Source: Dipteris shenzhenensis (lineage: Eukaryota). From it: a DNA stretch of 64,000 bases. Every line of letters starts with the position of its first letter. Positions within the stretch are counted from its first letter, which is position 1. Location: NCBI GenBank assembly GCA_047967505.1, contig CM106538.1; one strand, 5' to 3'. The notes under the pieces are model-generated. The model ran no database searches. It had not been told where the DNA came from and saw nothing but the letters and a program-made list of their open reading frames with translations. The position numbers and the translations under genes are program-made. Shown piece after piece: positions 1-12,829 of this stretch.

Positions 1-194
1 AAGACACTGTTTCCAGCACTAGGAACATGGGAATATAAGGGTAATGAATTCAAAAAAAGGAGACTTCACAAAAGACTTCACTTTGGGGGCAAACACAAAT
101 ACATATGTGGAAGAGGGTTCGTGAGTGCCATCTCTGCCGATGTTGCATTCCAAGACTTGATGGCAACATATGAGGCGACCTTGATTAGCGCAGT

Positions 195-428
195 TACCTT
201 GCCTCCTCTCCCACTTTGATCCTGGGGGTGAGGTAGGCTCAAGCAAGTGTAAAGTTGTATGATGTTGTCCAACATGATGCCTTATATAGCTCGTGTAGAT
301 CCATGATTCCTCATTGCAGGTACCTTGCCTCCTCTTTTTGGGGTGAGGCAGCCCCAAGCAAGTGTACACAGTTGTATGATGTTATCCAACGTGATGCCTT
401 ACATAGTTTGCGAAGATCCATAATTCCT
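195..428. repeat. Diverged direct tandem duplication, about 126-bp period
   Basis: taccttgcctcctc...gggtgagg...caagcaagtgta...gttgtatgatgtt...tgatgcctta...agatccat occurs from 195 and again from 321. Confidence 0.8.
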
Positions 429-788
429 GGGATAGGCGAGATGTGGATGAATTCCGGAACCCTCCGACCTAGAGCATAGTGGTGGGGAGGGGATGGGTTG
501 ATGGGAAGGCAAATGTTATTATTATTAGCAATACCTTCTAGGATTGAAACTACTTTTGTGAATTTCCACGTGTAATTTTTAAAAAAAGTTAATTGAGTTT
601 GTGTTTCAAAAGGAGATCATCGTACAGAAATTGCCTATCAATAGCCCCCAAAAAATGCCTTCAATGCCCTTTAAAAAATCGTTTGCTTTCTCTGTTGCAA
701 ATTCAACAAGTGAAAAAAGATGAATGACACATGTCATTCATTAGGCCTGCCTAAAATAAATGGGGAGGCGAAGGGGGGGGCTAGGGAT

Positions 789-937
789 GAGTGGTGGAGT
801 GAGGGAAGCTAAGAGAGAGAGAAAGAGAGAGACTAGTGGTGGAGTGAGGGAAGCTAAGAGAGAGAATGGGGAGGTGAAGGGTGGGTGGGCTAGGGACGAG
901 TGGTGGAGTGAGGGAAGTTGAGAGAGAGAGGAGAGAG
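789..937. repeat. GA-rich minisatellite, 3 copies
   Basis: agtggtggagtgagggaag(ct/tt)...gagagaga at about 790, 835 and 899. Confidence 0.75.
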
Positions 938-1321
938 AAACCCAAAATCGTTAGTTGTGCATAATTGCCCCATTTATTGGGCTGACAGCTTTAACAAAGG
1001 CCAATGAGAAGGAGTTTATGAAATTTAAAAACTCCCCTATTTTAGCTTTGCCAAAGTAGAACCATTGCTAAGGCTACCCTGTAAGGGCAGGCCAAAAGCG
1101 GCTCGTGTCTCCTTTGTTCCACTCGCAAGAGGGCAAACTCCAATGTGTGGTGGGAGAGGGGAATTGTTAAAGGGGGGTAAAAGGTTAAGAAAGCAAGGAG
1201 ATAATGAAGAAGAAGAAGAAGGAGATGAAGGTGAAATGAGGTAGAGGAGCTTGTGGGTGTCCCATATAATAAGATGTGTTAAGAAGGGGAGGAGGAGCGG
1301 AGGTGAAATTTGATTTGTCTT

Positions 1322-1720
1322 GAGAGAGAGAGAGAGAGAGAGAGAGAGGAGGAACAAGGGTTGCAGAGGGGCTTTTGGAAGAGGGGATATCCCAATGAAC
1401 AGTCGTATCACTGCCTCTGTTCCTTTGCTTTAGATCCTTCTCTCATCCCTTCATGTTGATCTTCCTCACTCTTCGCCTCTTCCTCTTCTTAGCCTTCCCC
1501 TTTCTCTGCTCTTCTTCCTCTTTCCATCCTCCCCTTGGTCTTGATTTTCTTTTACCTTTGCCTCCTCCTCCTGCCTCTGCCTTTGTCCCCTCCCCCCCTT
1601 GCCGGCTCAGCCTTTTGCCTCGCTTTCCCGGTCGCTCTCCCGATGGGTCGCAGATCTCGTAGCCATTTCCGTAGCCGCTCCCTCGGGCTTCTATAAGCTC
1701 TGGTTCCTCTCCCCCCCAGG
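1322..1720 (+). promoter_or_regulatory. GAGA repeat and pyrimidine-rich (Y-patch) promoter/5'UTR region of the CCCH gene
   Basis: (GA)n at 1322-1348 and a long CT-rich tract at 1430-1640 directly upstream of ATG 1837, typical of plant housekeeping promoters; TSS not determined. Confidence 0.45.
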
Positions 1721-1836
1721 TGTCTGCGACCGAAGCTGTCGGGCCTGCTAGCTGTATGTGACCTCGGTGGCTTGATTTGTTGTATTCAGCTTTTGGGTCT
1801 TCTAAATAGGGGCTTCTTTGCGAATTTCCGGTGCTG

Positions 1837-1932
1837 ATGCCTGAGCAAGGGGCGCCCACGATGGGCGACGAGGCCCAGAAGCGAAACACGGACTGTGTGT
1901 ATTTCTTGGCTTCGCCTCTGACTTGCAAAAAG
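1837..1932 (+). CDS. CCCH zinc-finger protein (AtC3H17/At2g02160-like), exon 1
   Basis: MPEQGAPTMGDEAQKRNTDCVYFLASPLTCKK followed by GT donor at 1933; NTDCVYFLASPLTCKK is the family's first-finger signature; start could instead be ATG 1861. Confidence 0.9.
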
Positions 1933-2449
1933 GTACCCGCTTTTAACTATCTGTAGCGTCAAGTTCGAATTTTTTGTTACTGACCGAAAGACTGTAGATG
2001 AAAACGGATGTAGCTTTAGTCAAAAGGAGTTTCTGTAAGCACAAAGCTTGCTTTTATGTGCCTCATCTCGTTAGTATTAAATCTAGCCTTTGCCCAACGT
2101 TAAAGGGTGCTGAGGCTTATCATCCTGCCATTAGAAAGTGATCATTAGGGCTTATCGAAAATACCTTAAGTCTTGGTCAACAACGGTCTTCAAGGCAACA
2201 AGAGGAACACACTATTTGAAGTTTTTCGTAGTATGCCTTCCTTTAGGGCATATAGGGCACATCGAGTAGCCACATGCCGTTGTGGCTACGCTTGCAGTTG
2301 TGAACACCGTTAAGATAGCCCTTTGATTCTAGCTATTCAGAAGGTTGTAAAATATTGAGGCGTGAAGATGCCAATGACTTGGGTCTTACACGTTTTGATA
2401 CCCTACGTCTATGTTTATATGCTATTTTGTTACTGTGGTTATTTTGCAG

Positions 2450-2560
2450 GGGAATGATTGTGAATATAGGCACAGTGAAGCTGCTCGGATCAACCCCAGG
2501 GATTGTTGGTTTTGGCTTGGTGGTAATTGCCTTAATGCCAACTGCTCATTTCGACATCCA
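2450..2560 (+). CDS. CCCH zinc-finger protein, exon 2
   Basis: ttttgcAG acceptor at 2449 and GTaagc donor at 2561, phase 0; GNDCEYRHSEAARINPRDCWFWLGGNCLNANCSFRHP completes finger 1 and encodes finger 2. Confidence 0.93.
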
Positions 2561-3289
2561 GTAAGCTCTTACACTATAGCTGTCCTTTTTCAATCCTTCC
2601 ACCGTCACCCTTTTAAAAAAGGAGCACGAACTTGTTGTCCACAGCTTTATACGAACGATTTATTTGTCAAGTTCACTGCCAGAAACAGGGATACGTCATG
2701 TAATCATGTAAGGTGTGGTTCTAAGTTCTTTTATGCAGAAACTTTAAGACAGTTGTCACACAAGAGGCTCAACCATGTGCTAGTTTGTTTGATTTTGTGA
2801 GATTGGACGCTTTCAGCATTGCCAAGGCCCAAAAGCAGCCTGTAGTACGTCTGTGCACCTGACATTGCCATGTGAACCTTTTCTCATGGATCAGAAGTCA
2901 TAAACTATGATTTGAGATATGAAGCAAGTTCAAGGTTATTAGAGCAAGTAATAAATTTGAAAAGTTATGGATCCATAAAGTGAGCTTGTAGAGGTGAATT
3001 CTTGCAAGGGCTGATCCTAATCACAACGTACACCTGCTTGATCAGATATTAGAAACTATATGTGATATCCGGTAGACTGCTATGCAATGGAGTCAAAGTA
3101 GAATATTGATAAGAGTGATAGGTACGAAGAGTTGTGAGCGTGTGAAGGGAAACTCTTGTGAGGATTCACGGCCTTTATTAAAAGGTACAAACTCTCTTGT
3201 TTTAATTATGAATGCATATAAATAGAAGGTGCGAGCATTCCTAGATGAGATCGTCTCATTACTATGACCATCCATTTCATCTTAAAATT

Positions 3290-4092
3290 TGTAATCACTG
3301 CGTTCATGAGTGACACTCATGAAATTGATGGGTTGTGTTTTAGAGGATGAGTTTGGGGATGCTCTTGGATTCATATAGATATATGTTCCCTCCTTATTAG
3401 ACATTCAAATTTCACTTGTGAAGTTTTTGTCTATGTTGTGGCTTGGTGATAATGCGATAAATTCTTTGTATTGTAAGTGATGTGTTGTGCCATCACCTAG
3501 ATTGTAGTAGTTTTTGGTTAGAAATGCTTGCTTGGGAGCAGACAAAATGAAATCTTATAGTCTTCACAAGCAATTGTAGCTTGAATGAAGAAAAATTGGA
3601 CTATCTTTTGATTAGCCTTCTCCTTTAGTACTAGCCTTTGTCATGGCTGAGTTTGCCCTTCACCTCTGGGGCAATGATAGAAACTCATTGCGAAGACCTT
3701 TGTATAAATGGATGCTCCGGTACATGTGGGTATGTGGATTTGTATGTGTGAGAGCATACGTGTATATTATGGTCTACACCCACAGTGAGGTGCTAATGAC
3801 GATAGTGGGGATGTCATAATAGCTACTCCTTGCTATGCTTGATGGAGTTGCCCGATGGAGTTCATTGTTTTCAACCTTGTGATTGATTGTCATGAGATCA
3901 AAACCACACATTGTGTTATGTTTTTAGAGGACGATTTTGGGTATGTTTTGTGGATTCCTCTTTCTCTCTCTTTCTCTCTATCTCTCTGCCCGATGGAGTT
4001 CATTGTTTTCAACCTTGTGAGTGATTGTCATGAGATCATAACCACACATTGTGATATGTTTTTAGAGGATAATTTTGGGTATGTTTCGTGGA

Positions 4093-4097
<5 letters not shown>
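3290..4097 (+). mobile_element. Intronic copies of the dispersed repeat also present at 42782-43249
   Basis: 3530-3960 aligns by eye with 42830-43240 (cacaagca.ttgtagcttgaatgaaga, gagtttgcccttcacctc, ggtctacacccac, tttagagga.ga.tttggg); extra 3' pieces at about 3290-3385 and 3987-4097. Confidence 0.8.
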
Positions 4098-4186
<89 letters not shown>

Positions 4187-4206
4187 CACGCACGCACACA
4201 CGCACA
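4096..4206. repeat. Compound (CT)n-(CA)n microsatellite
   Basis: Directly visible. Confidence 0.95.
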
Positions 4207-4467
4207 CGCGGGCGCGCGCACACAAAAAAAGTCCTTAAGATAGCCACTATGGACCTATATTACTTGCAATTAATGAACACAAAATTCTATGCCTTGTATA
4301 GACCAGCTATTTGATTGGCTTCAAGGATCAAGTGCTTTTTAAAATCAAAGATATTGTGATGTTAGGATATAGACTCATGATGGGTCTCATGGTTGGTGTA
4401 TTGAGACCCTATTTGGGTAATCTTACAATAGTATTTTTGTCTAGAATGGTACTCTAGTATTAAGACA

Positions 4468-4634
4468 ATTTTGCATACAAGGAGGATTTCAAAGAGTGGC
4501 TCAATTGCTTCAAAGAAATAGTCACATGCAAAAGACAGTAAGCTAGGCCAAGTGCTTGGGGTGGATTTTGCATACAAGGAGGATTCCAAAGAGTGGCTCA
4601 ATTGTTTCAAAGAAATAGTCACATGCAAAAGACG
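4468..4634. repeat. Direct duplication of about 68 bp, period about 98 bp
   Basis: ttttgcatacaaggaggatt.caaagagtggctcaattg.ttcaaagaaatagtcacatgcaaaagac present twice. Confidence 0.85.
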
Positions 4635-6581
4635 GTAAACCAAGTGTAGTTTCTTCTAGCTTTCTAGAGTGGGATGATTCAAACTCTGATTTTGAATGAT
4701 CTTTTTAAGGAATATTGAAGAGTGATGGCTGTTCCTTGGATTATTGATTTTATTGTGGACCTACTAAGATGATCTCTAGGTACTTGTTCCAATGCTAGCT
4801 CAACTTTAGGGGAAGGGAAAGGCCTTTCCATGGGAAGAAGTTGAGAAAGAGAGGTTTGAAATGTAGTGGGTCTGAATTGGCAATTTTTAGTTGGAATGAT
4901 TGCTAGTTGAACGATAATCAATTTCTTTTGAAAGCAAGAAGGTTGATTTAATACAAGAATAGCATATAAGGAAAAGCCTTGCCAATATGGAAGCATCAAT
5001 TGCTTTTGAAAAAAAAGGGGTAATTCAGCACAAAACATCTTACAAACAGCAGCGCTCTTCTTAATCCATGCCTTAATGGAAGCAGCTCTAGCTTAGAGAT
5101 CAAAGGCCAAGGGGGTTGAGCTACTCAACATATTGGAAGGGCACATAGAATGTAGCAGTGTGTCCACTCAGTCAGAAGTTGAAGATCTACGAATGTGATG
5201 AATGGGATACCAAGTATCCAAAAGACTTAATGCTGTTTAAATGTAGCTAGGAATGAGCAAGGATGTTCATGATTATGTCTTCGAGTTGTTGAAAGTGTCA
5301 AGTGGCTGCACTTAAGTGCTTGAAGTAAGTTATGGGAGAGTATGTCTATAGATTTATTGTAAGCTTATCCTAGATTGGAGAGGGTACTTTGAGGGTAATA
5401 GCAGCTATAGATTTGATATAAGGTGGATTATTTGTTATAACCAAGGGAAAATTGAAATGCCTCCTTCCTTGTTTCCTAACATGACATACATACATACACA
5501 TACACTTACGTACGTACATACATACATATGTACGTACATACGTACATACTTGATTTGGCTGTCTACCTGGCTGCAAATTTCTTTAGATCCGTGTGTTCCA
5601 AATCTATGTGTGTTTACATGTTTGATTGTGATCTAAGTAGTAAGGGTGTTGTAATGCATAGTTACAATCACCCGCTGCAGGGTCAGGCTACAGCAAGCAA
5701 GCTGTTGTGTTTCTGACACGGTTAGATTAGGCAGGAGGTAGATCACATCATCCCCCTTATTCTCTTTTGTAGCCCTCTTGCTAGGATGATGCCTAGTGCT
5801 AACCCTAATTTCTCCATCACAGCTATGCACATATTAACTGAGATCATGGTTGCTAGACATGATGAGACACAACACCCAAATAAGACTTGGTATTTATTTA
5901 ATAAACATATAAAGTATACAAATATATAGATTTGGTTATTAGTATAGCCATAGCCAAAATCCGGCCATATATTAGTAATTACATAAAATCTAAACATTTA
6001 AAACGTCACAATAATTTTAACTTTAGAGTCTATGCACTTAACGCACTATACATTCAAGATTTAACATCAAAGTTGCTGAGACAATAGAGCTTGGAATTCA
6101 CAACTTAGAATTGAAATATCAAAATCTAAATAACAAGGGGGCTAGCATGTAGAATTGAAGTCTGGAAATCTATGATAGATCAATCATCATAGGCATCATA
6201 ATTGAAGTTTGATACATCATAAAACAAACAACAAGGCGATAATTGAAATGAAAGTCTTTTGTCACATGTCAACAGTAAGCCATAACAAGCATCAGTGGAC
6301 AGAAGAAGATTTAAAAATAGGGTTTTAGGACACTAGCACTCGTTTAATTTTTTAAAATTGGGAAAAAATATTACCCCCCCCCCCCCCCCCCCAAAAAAAA
6401 AAAACAAAAACAAAAACAAAATAAAAAACAGACATGTGTCTTAAAGACCCGTACATTTCTGAAGTGTCTTAAGTCTCTTACCTGTAACACACATTTCTAA
6501 ACAACCATGTGTGAGATGTTATTAGTATTTTGTTGGCACGACTTTTATTGATGTGTTCTAACGTTTACTCCCTTTGTGCAG

Positions 6582-9065
6582 CCTCTTGATGGAAGACCTG
6601 GATCTACGCCAACTTCAGGAACAATCCCAACACCATCATCAATGGCATCATCAGCTGCTTTAGCTGTGACAGCATCAGCTTCTACAGCATCAGCATCAGC
6701 AGCACCTCCACCACCTTCTGTGGCAAGCAAATCTAGAGTAGCATGCTTTTTTTTCTCTCAAGGTTTTTGTGCCAAAGGTGATAAGTGTGCTTTTATGCAT
6801 GGTCCAACAGTAGCTTCAAGAATGGAAAGTACAGTTTATCAGAGACCTCCTAAGGCACCAGGTGCCAAAGGGATGGAAATAGGTGGCAAGCCATCAAATG
6901 TGATAAATGGAAATGATTCAACAGCCCGTAGACAAATGCCTCAGGGGTTACCATCAACCTCAGAGGGGGCCCGAATCCATCAAAGTGGATCTCAATCAGT
7001 TCCTTTGAAAACGGCTGTGCCTGCACGAGAGGTTTCTTCAATTGTGAAGGATCCAGAAAGAGTCAGAAAGGCTGAAAATTCCCAGACGTCTGCAATTTCC
7101 AAACACCAACTTCTTATTGGGGATGAAAAGGCAAAACAGATTTCTGTTTCAAGTGACAGATCACATAAAATACAGAATACAGGTGCTGGGGAAAACAGGC
7201 TTCAACGACCTCAGTCTAGGGATGAGAAAGCAAGACAAAGTCATCTTTCAGGAGATAGATCAAGTCATGTACAGAATTTGGATGATAGATCAAGGCAGGG
7301 GGAAAATAGGCTGCCACGTCCTCACTCTGGGGATGAGCACCTGCGGCAAGTTCAACCTGGTAGTGACAGGTTGCGGCAAGGCTTGTCAGGAGCAGAAAGA
7401 AAGCAGAATGGGTTCGAATCAGAGGAATGGTGGAAGGAGTCATCTCCTGGCTTTGATGTCCTTGTAGATGATGGAGCAGACCAACTGATGTACCCAGAAG
7501 ATGGTGAATATTTGCCACATCTTGATAATGTCCTTGAATCAGCCAGAGCACATAGTCGAGGAAGGATGACACATTCTGATGATTTGTCAGATTTTGAACA
7601 TGAACGCACTCGGGTTTATGATCAGTTGGGATACTATGATGCATCAGATCAGTATGAGCATGGATCCTATGAGCTTCAAGAGCAGCAACTAAGCTATGAT
7701 CAGGTTGCTTCTTCTGATCGTTTAAGCAGACAGCGTAGCATTCCCTATAATGCTAAGACCAGTGAAGGTGTCCTTGGCAGAGATAGGCGGGGAATGATAA
7801 TTGAACAAGACATTCAGCACAGTAGTAGTGATCTTCGCAACCACCTGGTAGAACGCCGGAGGAATGATAAAGTCCAGCACCTAACCACAGAAAGCCATAG
7901 TAGAAGAGCTCATCAAGACTCAGCTGATAAGTTTCATCATAATCGAAGGCATCAAGACGACCGTCTAAAACAGGAGGCATTATCAAGGAATCAGGTTCCT
8001 CCTCAACCGGGAACTAGATCAAGTCACAGGAGGCCTTCTGGGAGGGCTGATTCTGGGGGGACTAAAAGGCCATACCATGATATTGGATCAGATTATGAAG
8101 CAGCCAGTCCTGATAAAGTCCCTTTGAGGAGCTCACCAAACAAGCGCCCTGTAAATGATGATCTAAGACTAAAATTGAAAGACAGAGAAAGTGGAAGATA
8201 TGTCTCTGAAGTTGCTTTAGATCCAGAGGCCAAAGGCTATACAACATTCAATAACAAGAAGCTAGAACAAAAGAAAGAGCCTGCAACTTTTGCTGGTCCA
8301 AAAAGCCTTGCTCAGATAAAGGCAGAGAAAAGAAGAGTTGGGGCTGAAGATAATTTCAAAACGTTGGAAGGGCTTGATGGGTCTAAGAGCCAGGTGCAGT
8401 CAGGTGGACATTCCAGCTTTGCAGATCAACATCTAGTTCTGGCTATAAAGAGCCAGATAGCACCAGTTTCTGCGTCTAATGCTGGTAAAGCACTTGATGA
8501 TGGTTCATCAAGTGAGGAGAGGAAAGGTATTCTCTCCAATCATGAATCAATCAAGACTTCAGATTTCAAGGTGCCAAAAGCTTTGAGTTTAATATTGAAG
8601 GAAAAGCAAAAGCCAGAGTCGAATGGTGATGAAGGATTTGAAGAAACCAGAAAGGAGCTATCTCCTAACAAAAGTCCGACACAGGGGGTAGGAATAAGCG
8701 GAATTTCTAGTGCCACCTTGTCATCCTTGGATGCTTCCAAAGATGGAGGTGACAGAAGAATTTCCGCAGATGCAAATGATACCACCTATGATTCACCTGG
8801 CCAAATTGTGTCACACCGTGAAGACAATGAAATGCCTCTACAGGAAGGTCTTGCATCAAGCTTGTCAGGTATGAGGGAAGAAAAGATGGAGGAGGAGACA
8901 CATGGAAATCTAGTAGATGAGGACTTTAAGGCGGAAACTGTTTCCTCTGATGATATGATGGAAGATGGTTTAGATGCTGGTGACAATGCTTCAGATGCAG
9001 AGTATGGGTTTGATGATGACGAAGAGGATGACTTCGCAAAGAAACTCGGTGGCTTTTTCACCTAA
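6582..9065 (+). CDS. CCCH zinc-finger protein, exon 3 (spliced product about 896 aa)
   Basis: ctttgtgcAG acceptor at 6581; 827-codon open frame with third finger CFFFSQGFCAKGDKCAFMH, family motifs ESSPGFDVLVD and FAGPKSLAQIK, and acidic C-terminus DDFAKKLGGFFT. Confidence 0.93.
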   Translation, partial: PLDGRPGSTPTSGTIPTPSSMASSAALAVTASASTASASAAPPPPSVASKSRVACFFFSQGFCAKGDKCAFMHGPTVASRMESTVYQRPPKAPGAKGMEIGGKPSNVINGNDSTARRQMPQGLPSTSEGARIHQSGSQSVPLKTAVPAREVSSIVKDPERVRKAENSQTSAISKHQLLIGDEKAKQISVSSDRSHKIQNTGAGENRLQRPQSRDEKARQSHLSGDRSSHVQNLDDRSRQGENRLPRPHSGDEHLRQVQPGSDRLRQGLSGAERKQNGFESEEWWKESSPGFDVLVDDGADQLMYPEDGEYLPHLDNVLESARAHSRGRMTHSDDLSDFEHERTRVYDQLGYYDASDQYEHGSYELQEQQLSYDQVASSDRLSRQRSIPYNAKTSEGVLGRDRRGMIIEQDIQHSSSDLRNHLVERRRNDKVQHLTTESHSRRAHQDSADKFHHNRRHQDDRLKQEALSRNQVPPQPGTRSSHRRPSGRADSGGTKRPYHDIGSDYEAASPDKVPLRSSPNKRPVNDDLRLKLKDRESGRYVSEVALDPEAKGYTTFNNKKLEQKKEPATFAGPKSLAQIKAEKRRVGAEDNFKTLEGLDGSKSQVQSGGHSSFADQHLVLAIKSQIAPVSASNAGKALDDGSSSEERKGILSNHESIKTSDFKVPKALSLILKEKQKPESNGDEGFEETRKELSPNKSPTQGVGISGISSATLSSLDASKDGGDRRISADANDTTYDSPGQIVSHREDNEMPLQEGLASSLSGMREEKMEEETHGNLVDEDFKAETVSSDDMMEDGLDAGDNASDAEYGFDDDEEDDFAKKLGGFFT

Positions 9066-10699
9066 GCTAGTAAGCTGCTCTTTAAAACTAGTGCTGAACT
9101 TTATGTTGTCTTTGATTTGATTCTGTATCTTATGGCTATGCGATGAATCTAAAGTCATGTCATATTGGCAGGTCCTATTTGCTAGCCATAGCAGGTCAAA
9201 GATCAACGTCAAGAGATCAACATTCTTTTGGCAAGCAGTTTTCTGCCAACTGGTTGACCTTCTGTATGAAAACCTGTTCATGCTGGACCTGGTGAAGCAT
9301 TTTGTTGTGGATGTCTATAAGACATTTCATTGCAGTTGAGGTTATCGTATGCCCCTTAGTTTGAGCAAGTAAGCATGTTTGGCTCATTTGTGTTTTAGAG
9401 TCCGGAAGCTAATTGAAATCAGCAGCTATGAGTATATACACATTTCTTGCGTTTGGTGCTACATTCTTTTATGGCCACTAAAAAAATGGGCCCACTGCTG
9501 TTGAATTGTTTTTCAGACTCCTGTTTTTGTGGAGGTATAAATTGAAGACTCACACCACTTCTTCGCTCCTGTTTGTTCTACCTAGGTACCTCATGTTTTT
9601 TTTTTCCCCCCCATATAATCAAAACCTGCTCTCTAATGAGCACCTATTATCAAGTGTGACTCTTACCTTTGCCTTCAGAGAAATTAAGGCATGCTAGTTG
9701 ATGTACTAATGTCCATTAACTTGCCATAGAGTTTGGCATGGGACCTTGCATCTAGTTTGGACATGGATTATGTAACTAGTCTATTTGCAGGTAGGACTCT
9801 TTAAGGAAATGCCATTCATGTATTGTTTACATCCAAAGATGTGAAGCTTGAGAATCAATCCAGGCTTTTCATTTATGTTTCTTGCTGTGTGTGGCGAAGT
9901 TCAAGTATTAGTACTGGTTATCCTTTTCATTGTTAGTACAAAGCTTATATGATGGAAATGAGATTTGCAGCAATGTATGACATTCGTAGTGACTCTTTGT
10001 ATAAACATTTCATCCACTAAAATTGATATATGTTTATACCTTTGGGTGTTGAGGATGTGAGTATGAGTCCATGTGCTAGTTAATTCTTGGGAAGTCGTTG
10101 GGATATAATTTTTTTCTTGATTTTGTTTATGTGCAGTATCATCGCACTTTACACACCCCTTCAACTAGGTGGAATTGACTTACATGCAAAGTGGCATTCC
10201 CATCACATAAGTACTTGATTCTTTGCATGTGCTTCATTTAGCATTCCTTCAATTGCTATAGGTTATCTTAACCGTTTGTAATGTGTTGGTGTGTCGCGGG
10301 AAGCTCAGGAGCTCCAGAGGTTATGGGACAGATAGAGAGGGAAATTTGATGGAATCATGTTTGGGCCACAGATAACATTGAGACATTGTTGTTCTAATTT
10401 GGCCTTCTGGAACCTTGGCTATGTCCTGGAGACATGAGGCATCCTCATAGGGTGGTATGGGTATTATAGATTTCGATGTTCAAGTGTTGTATGACTGTTG
10501 GAGATGAGACATGTGGTGAGGGTGTGCTATAGGTACCCTTTGGTTTTTTCACCTACTAAAGCTATGAACTCATACATAATCTTTGGTTCCTCACATGCTA
10601 AACCAAATGAACTATATTCTCAAACATTTCATTAGCTATTTTCTTATGCATTTCATCTTCATGAAAGATGAGGTAAGTATAGCCTTGATATCTATCCTT

Positions 10700-11549
10700 G
10701 ATGACCTTAAATCTCTCCTCTCTTCCTAGATCTCTCGGCACCCTTTGCTCTCTACCTCTCTCTAAATTTCCTTCATTTCTTCATGATACCCCCCACCATG
10801 CCTCTAGTCTCTCTTTCTTCATGACCTTCACCCTCTCCCCTCATCGTCGCTCCAGCTCATTATCTCCTCTCTTCTCGAGGTTGTTCCTTCACCCTCCCTT
10901 CACGTCCCCTTTCCTTACGACTTCTCCTTACACCCCACTTCTTTGCTCACCACCCCCTTGCATAGTTGCTCTCCACCTTCATCTCCTTATGCTTGCAAGC
11001 TAGCCTCCTCACCTTTGCTCTGTCTCTCTCTCTCCTCTTCTTATACTTGGTCTCTCACCTTTTCTCTCTATCTCCCTCTCATCTTTTTGTGGCACGGTTG
11101 CTTCCTTTGCTCCTCAACCTCTGCTCCCTACCCCACTTTCGTTCATCACTTTTTTCTTTCGGATGTCTCTCAAGCCTCCTCAATTTCGTCCACCTTCCCC
11201 TCCCCCCCTCCTCCTCTTAACGGTTGCTCCCTTAGTCCCTAACCACTCCCTTCTCCTAGAGTTGTTCTCTTGACCTAGAGCATCGACTCGCTCTTACATA
11301 TTTTCTCTTTGACCCCCTCACCTTTGCTCACCAACATTCCTTGTGGCTACTCTTTGAGCCTCCCTCACCTTCATTCTACCACCCCCTCTCCTTTGATCAT
11401 GGCTGCTTGCCCCCCTTCACCTCCCTCTTCTTGTGGCTACTCCCTTTGTCCCTCTATGTGCGAGTGTGCTTCCATTCCAATGGGTATGCGTGTGCATGCC
11501 CTTCTTCTGTGTGTCTCAAGTTGTCAACATCATGAGAAGGGATTCAATT

Positions 11550-11593
<44 letters not shown>

Positions 11594-11794
11594 ATATAAT
11601 GTTATGTATATTATAATTATATAATATATATAATATCTTATATAATATGATATATAATATAATATAATATATAATATGTAATATATTAATATATTATATC
11701 ATATAATTAAATATATACTATATTGTGTAAATGTAATATATTAGATTTAATGATAATGTAATATAATATAATATTATAAGTAATATGTAATATA

Positions 11795-11825
<31 letters not shown>

Positions 11826-11826
11826 T
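10700..11826. repeat. Low-complexity CT-rich tract, (CT)n microsatellites and an almost pure AT block
   Basis: Pyrimidine-rich 10700-11460; (CT)n at 11553-11590 and 11795-11826 flank an AT block. Confidence 0.85.
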
Positions 11827-12829
11827 CAGAGGCCTCGACATGATCGTGACCCAGAGCTAGTGACCTGACAGCTCAGACAGAGGGTTGACACGCAGATCAC
11901 ACACGCACACGCACATGCTCTCTATTTCCCTCTTTTCCCCTTGCCCCCCCCTTGTGTGTGTGTGTGTGAATATGTCTCTCCTCTTGCTCTGTGTGTGTGT
12001 GTTTTTGCTCTCTCTCTCTCTCTCTCTCTCTCACGTGTGGTGTTTGTTTCGCAGACTGTGCCTTGGCCACGTGTCGCATTGCTGTCGTCTTGGCCACACG
12101 CGCCATCTCTGACTTTTGGACTTGCGCCATGTCAGATGCTCTGCCTCATGTGGTCTGTTCTGCATCTCGCCTTTGAGTCGCACCACGTGGTGCAGTCTCT
12201 TCCGTACTCCAGCCAAATCTCTTTTGCTAGCATTTTCATAACTTGGCACGCCTCTATCAAACATCCTCTACCAAATCTCGTCGCGGCGATTAATCTAACG
12301 ACTTCCATTGACACGCAATCTCTTGAATCTCCAGATTTCTCTCTTTGAAGCTCGAGATCCTCCCCGAAGCTCCATCCCGAACCTCTAGAAAACCCCCCTA
12401 GCCCCAAAGCTCCCTGAAGCTTTGCCAGCCTCCACTTGAAGCTCTAGAAATTGTCTCGAGCCACCTTCTCCTTAAGATATATAGAGAAGTTGGAGGAAGG
12501 CCTACGACTTCTTCCCCTAGGACATACCTGGTATAAGTGATTATGAATTCTTATGACAATTTGCCATGTAGAAACTTACAAGAATATGTCCATTTGTTTG
12601 GGGGAAAAAGGTCAAATCGTACAAATTACTAAATTTATCGAACAACAAAGCAAAGAACGAAAGGAGTTCGTGAGCAATTAAAACAATAATGGGAGTAAAT
12701 CAGAAAAATAAAATTAGAAAAGTACAATTGAATCTATTTTTGTTAGTGACAGTGATGTTCTTTGGTGCCAAGTCATGGGAGAGAAAGCAATAAAGGCGGT
12801 TATATGTTTGGTTTTTGAAAGACTTGCAT

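Noticed and set aside
1037-1928. Minus-strand 124-aa and 161-aa ORFs near the CCCH promoter
   Set aside because: Low-complexity GA/CT promoter and UTR sequence, partly antisense to exon 1; no domain
2411-2800. 129-aa ORF as a stand-alone gene
   Set aside because: Only 2450-2560 is exon; the rest is intron read-through
3781-3787. CACAGTG RSS heptamer
   Set aside because: About 15 kb from the RAG1-like ORF, inside an unrelated repeat, no nonamer; expected by chance
4028-4314. Several ORFs with ERER/CVCV/HTHT runs
   Set aside because: Translations of the (CT)n(CA)n microsatellite
11830-12525. Possible solo LTR on the minus strand
   Set aside because: LTR-like composition, but no second terminus, PBS or TSD could be confirmed
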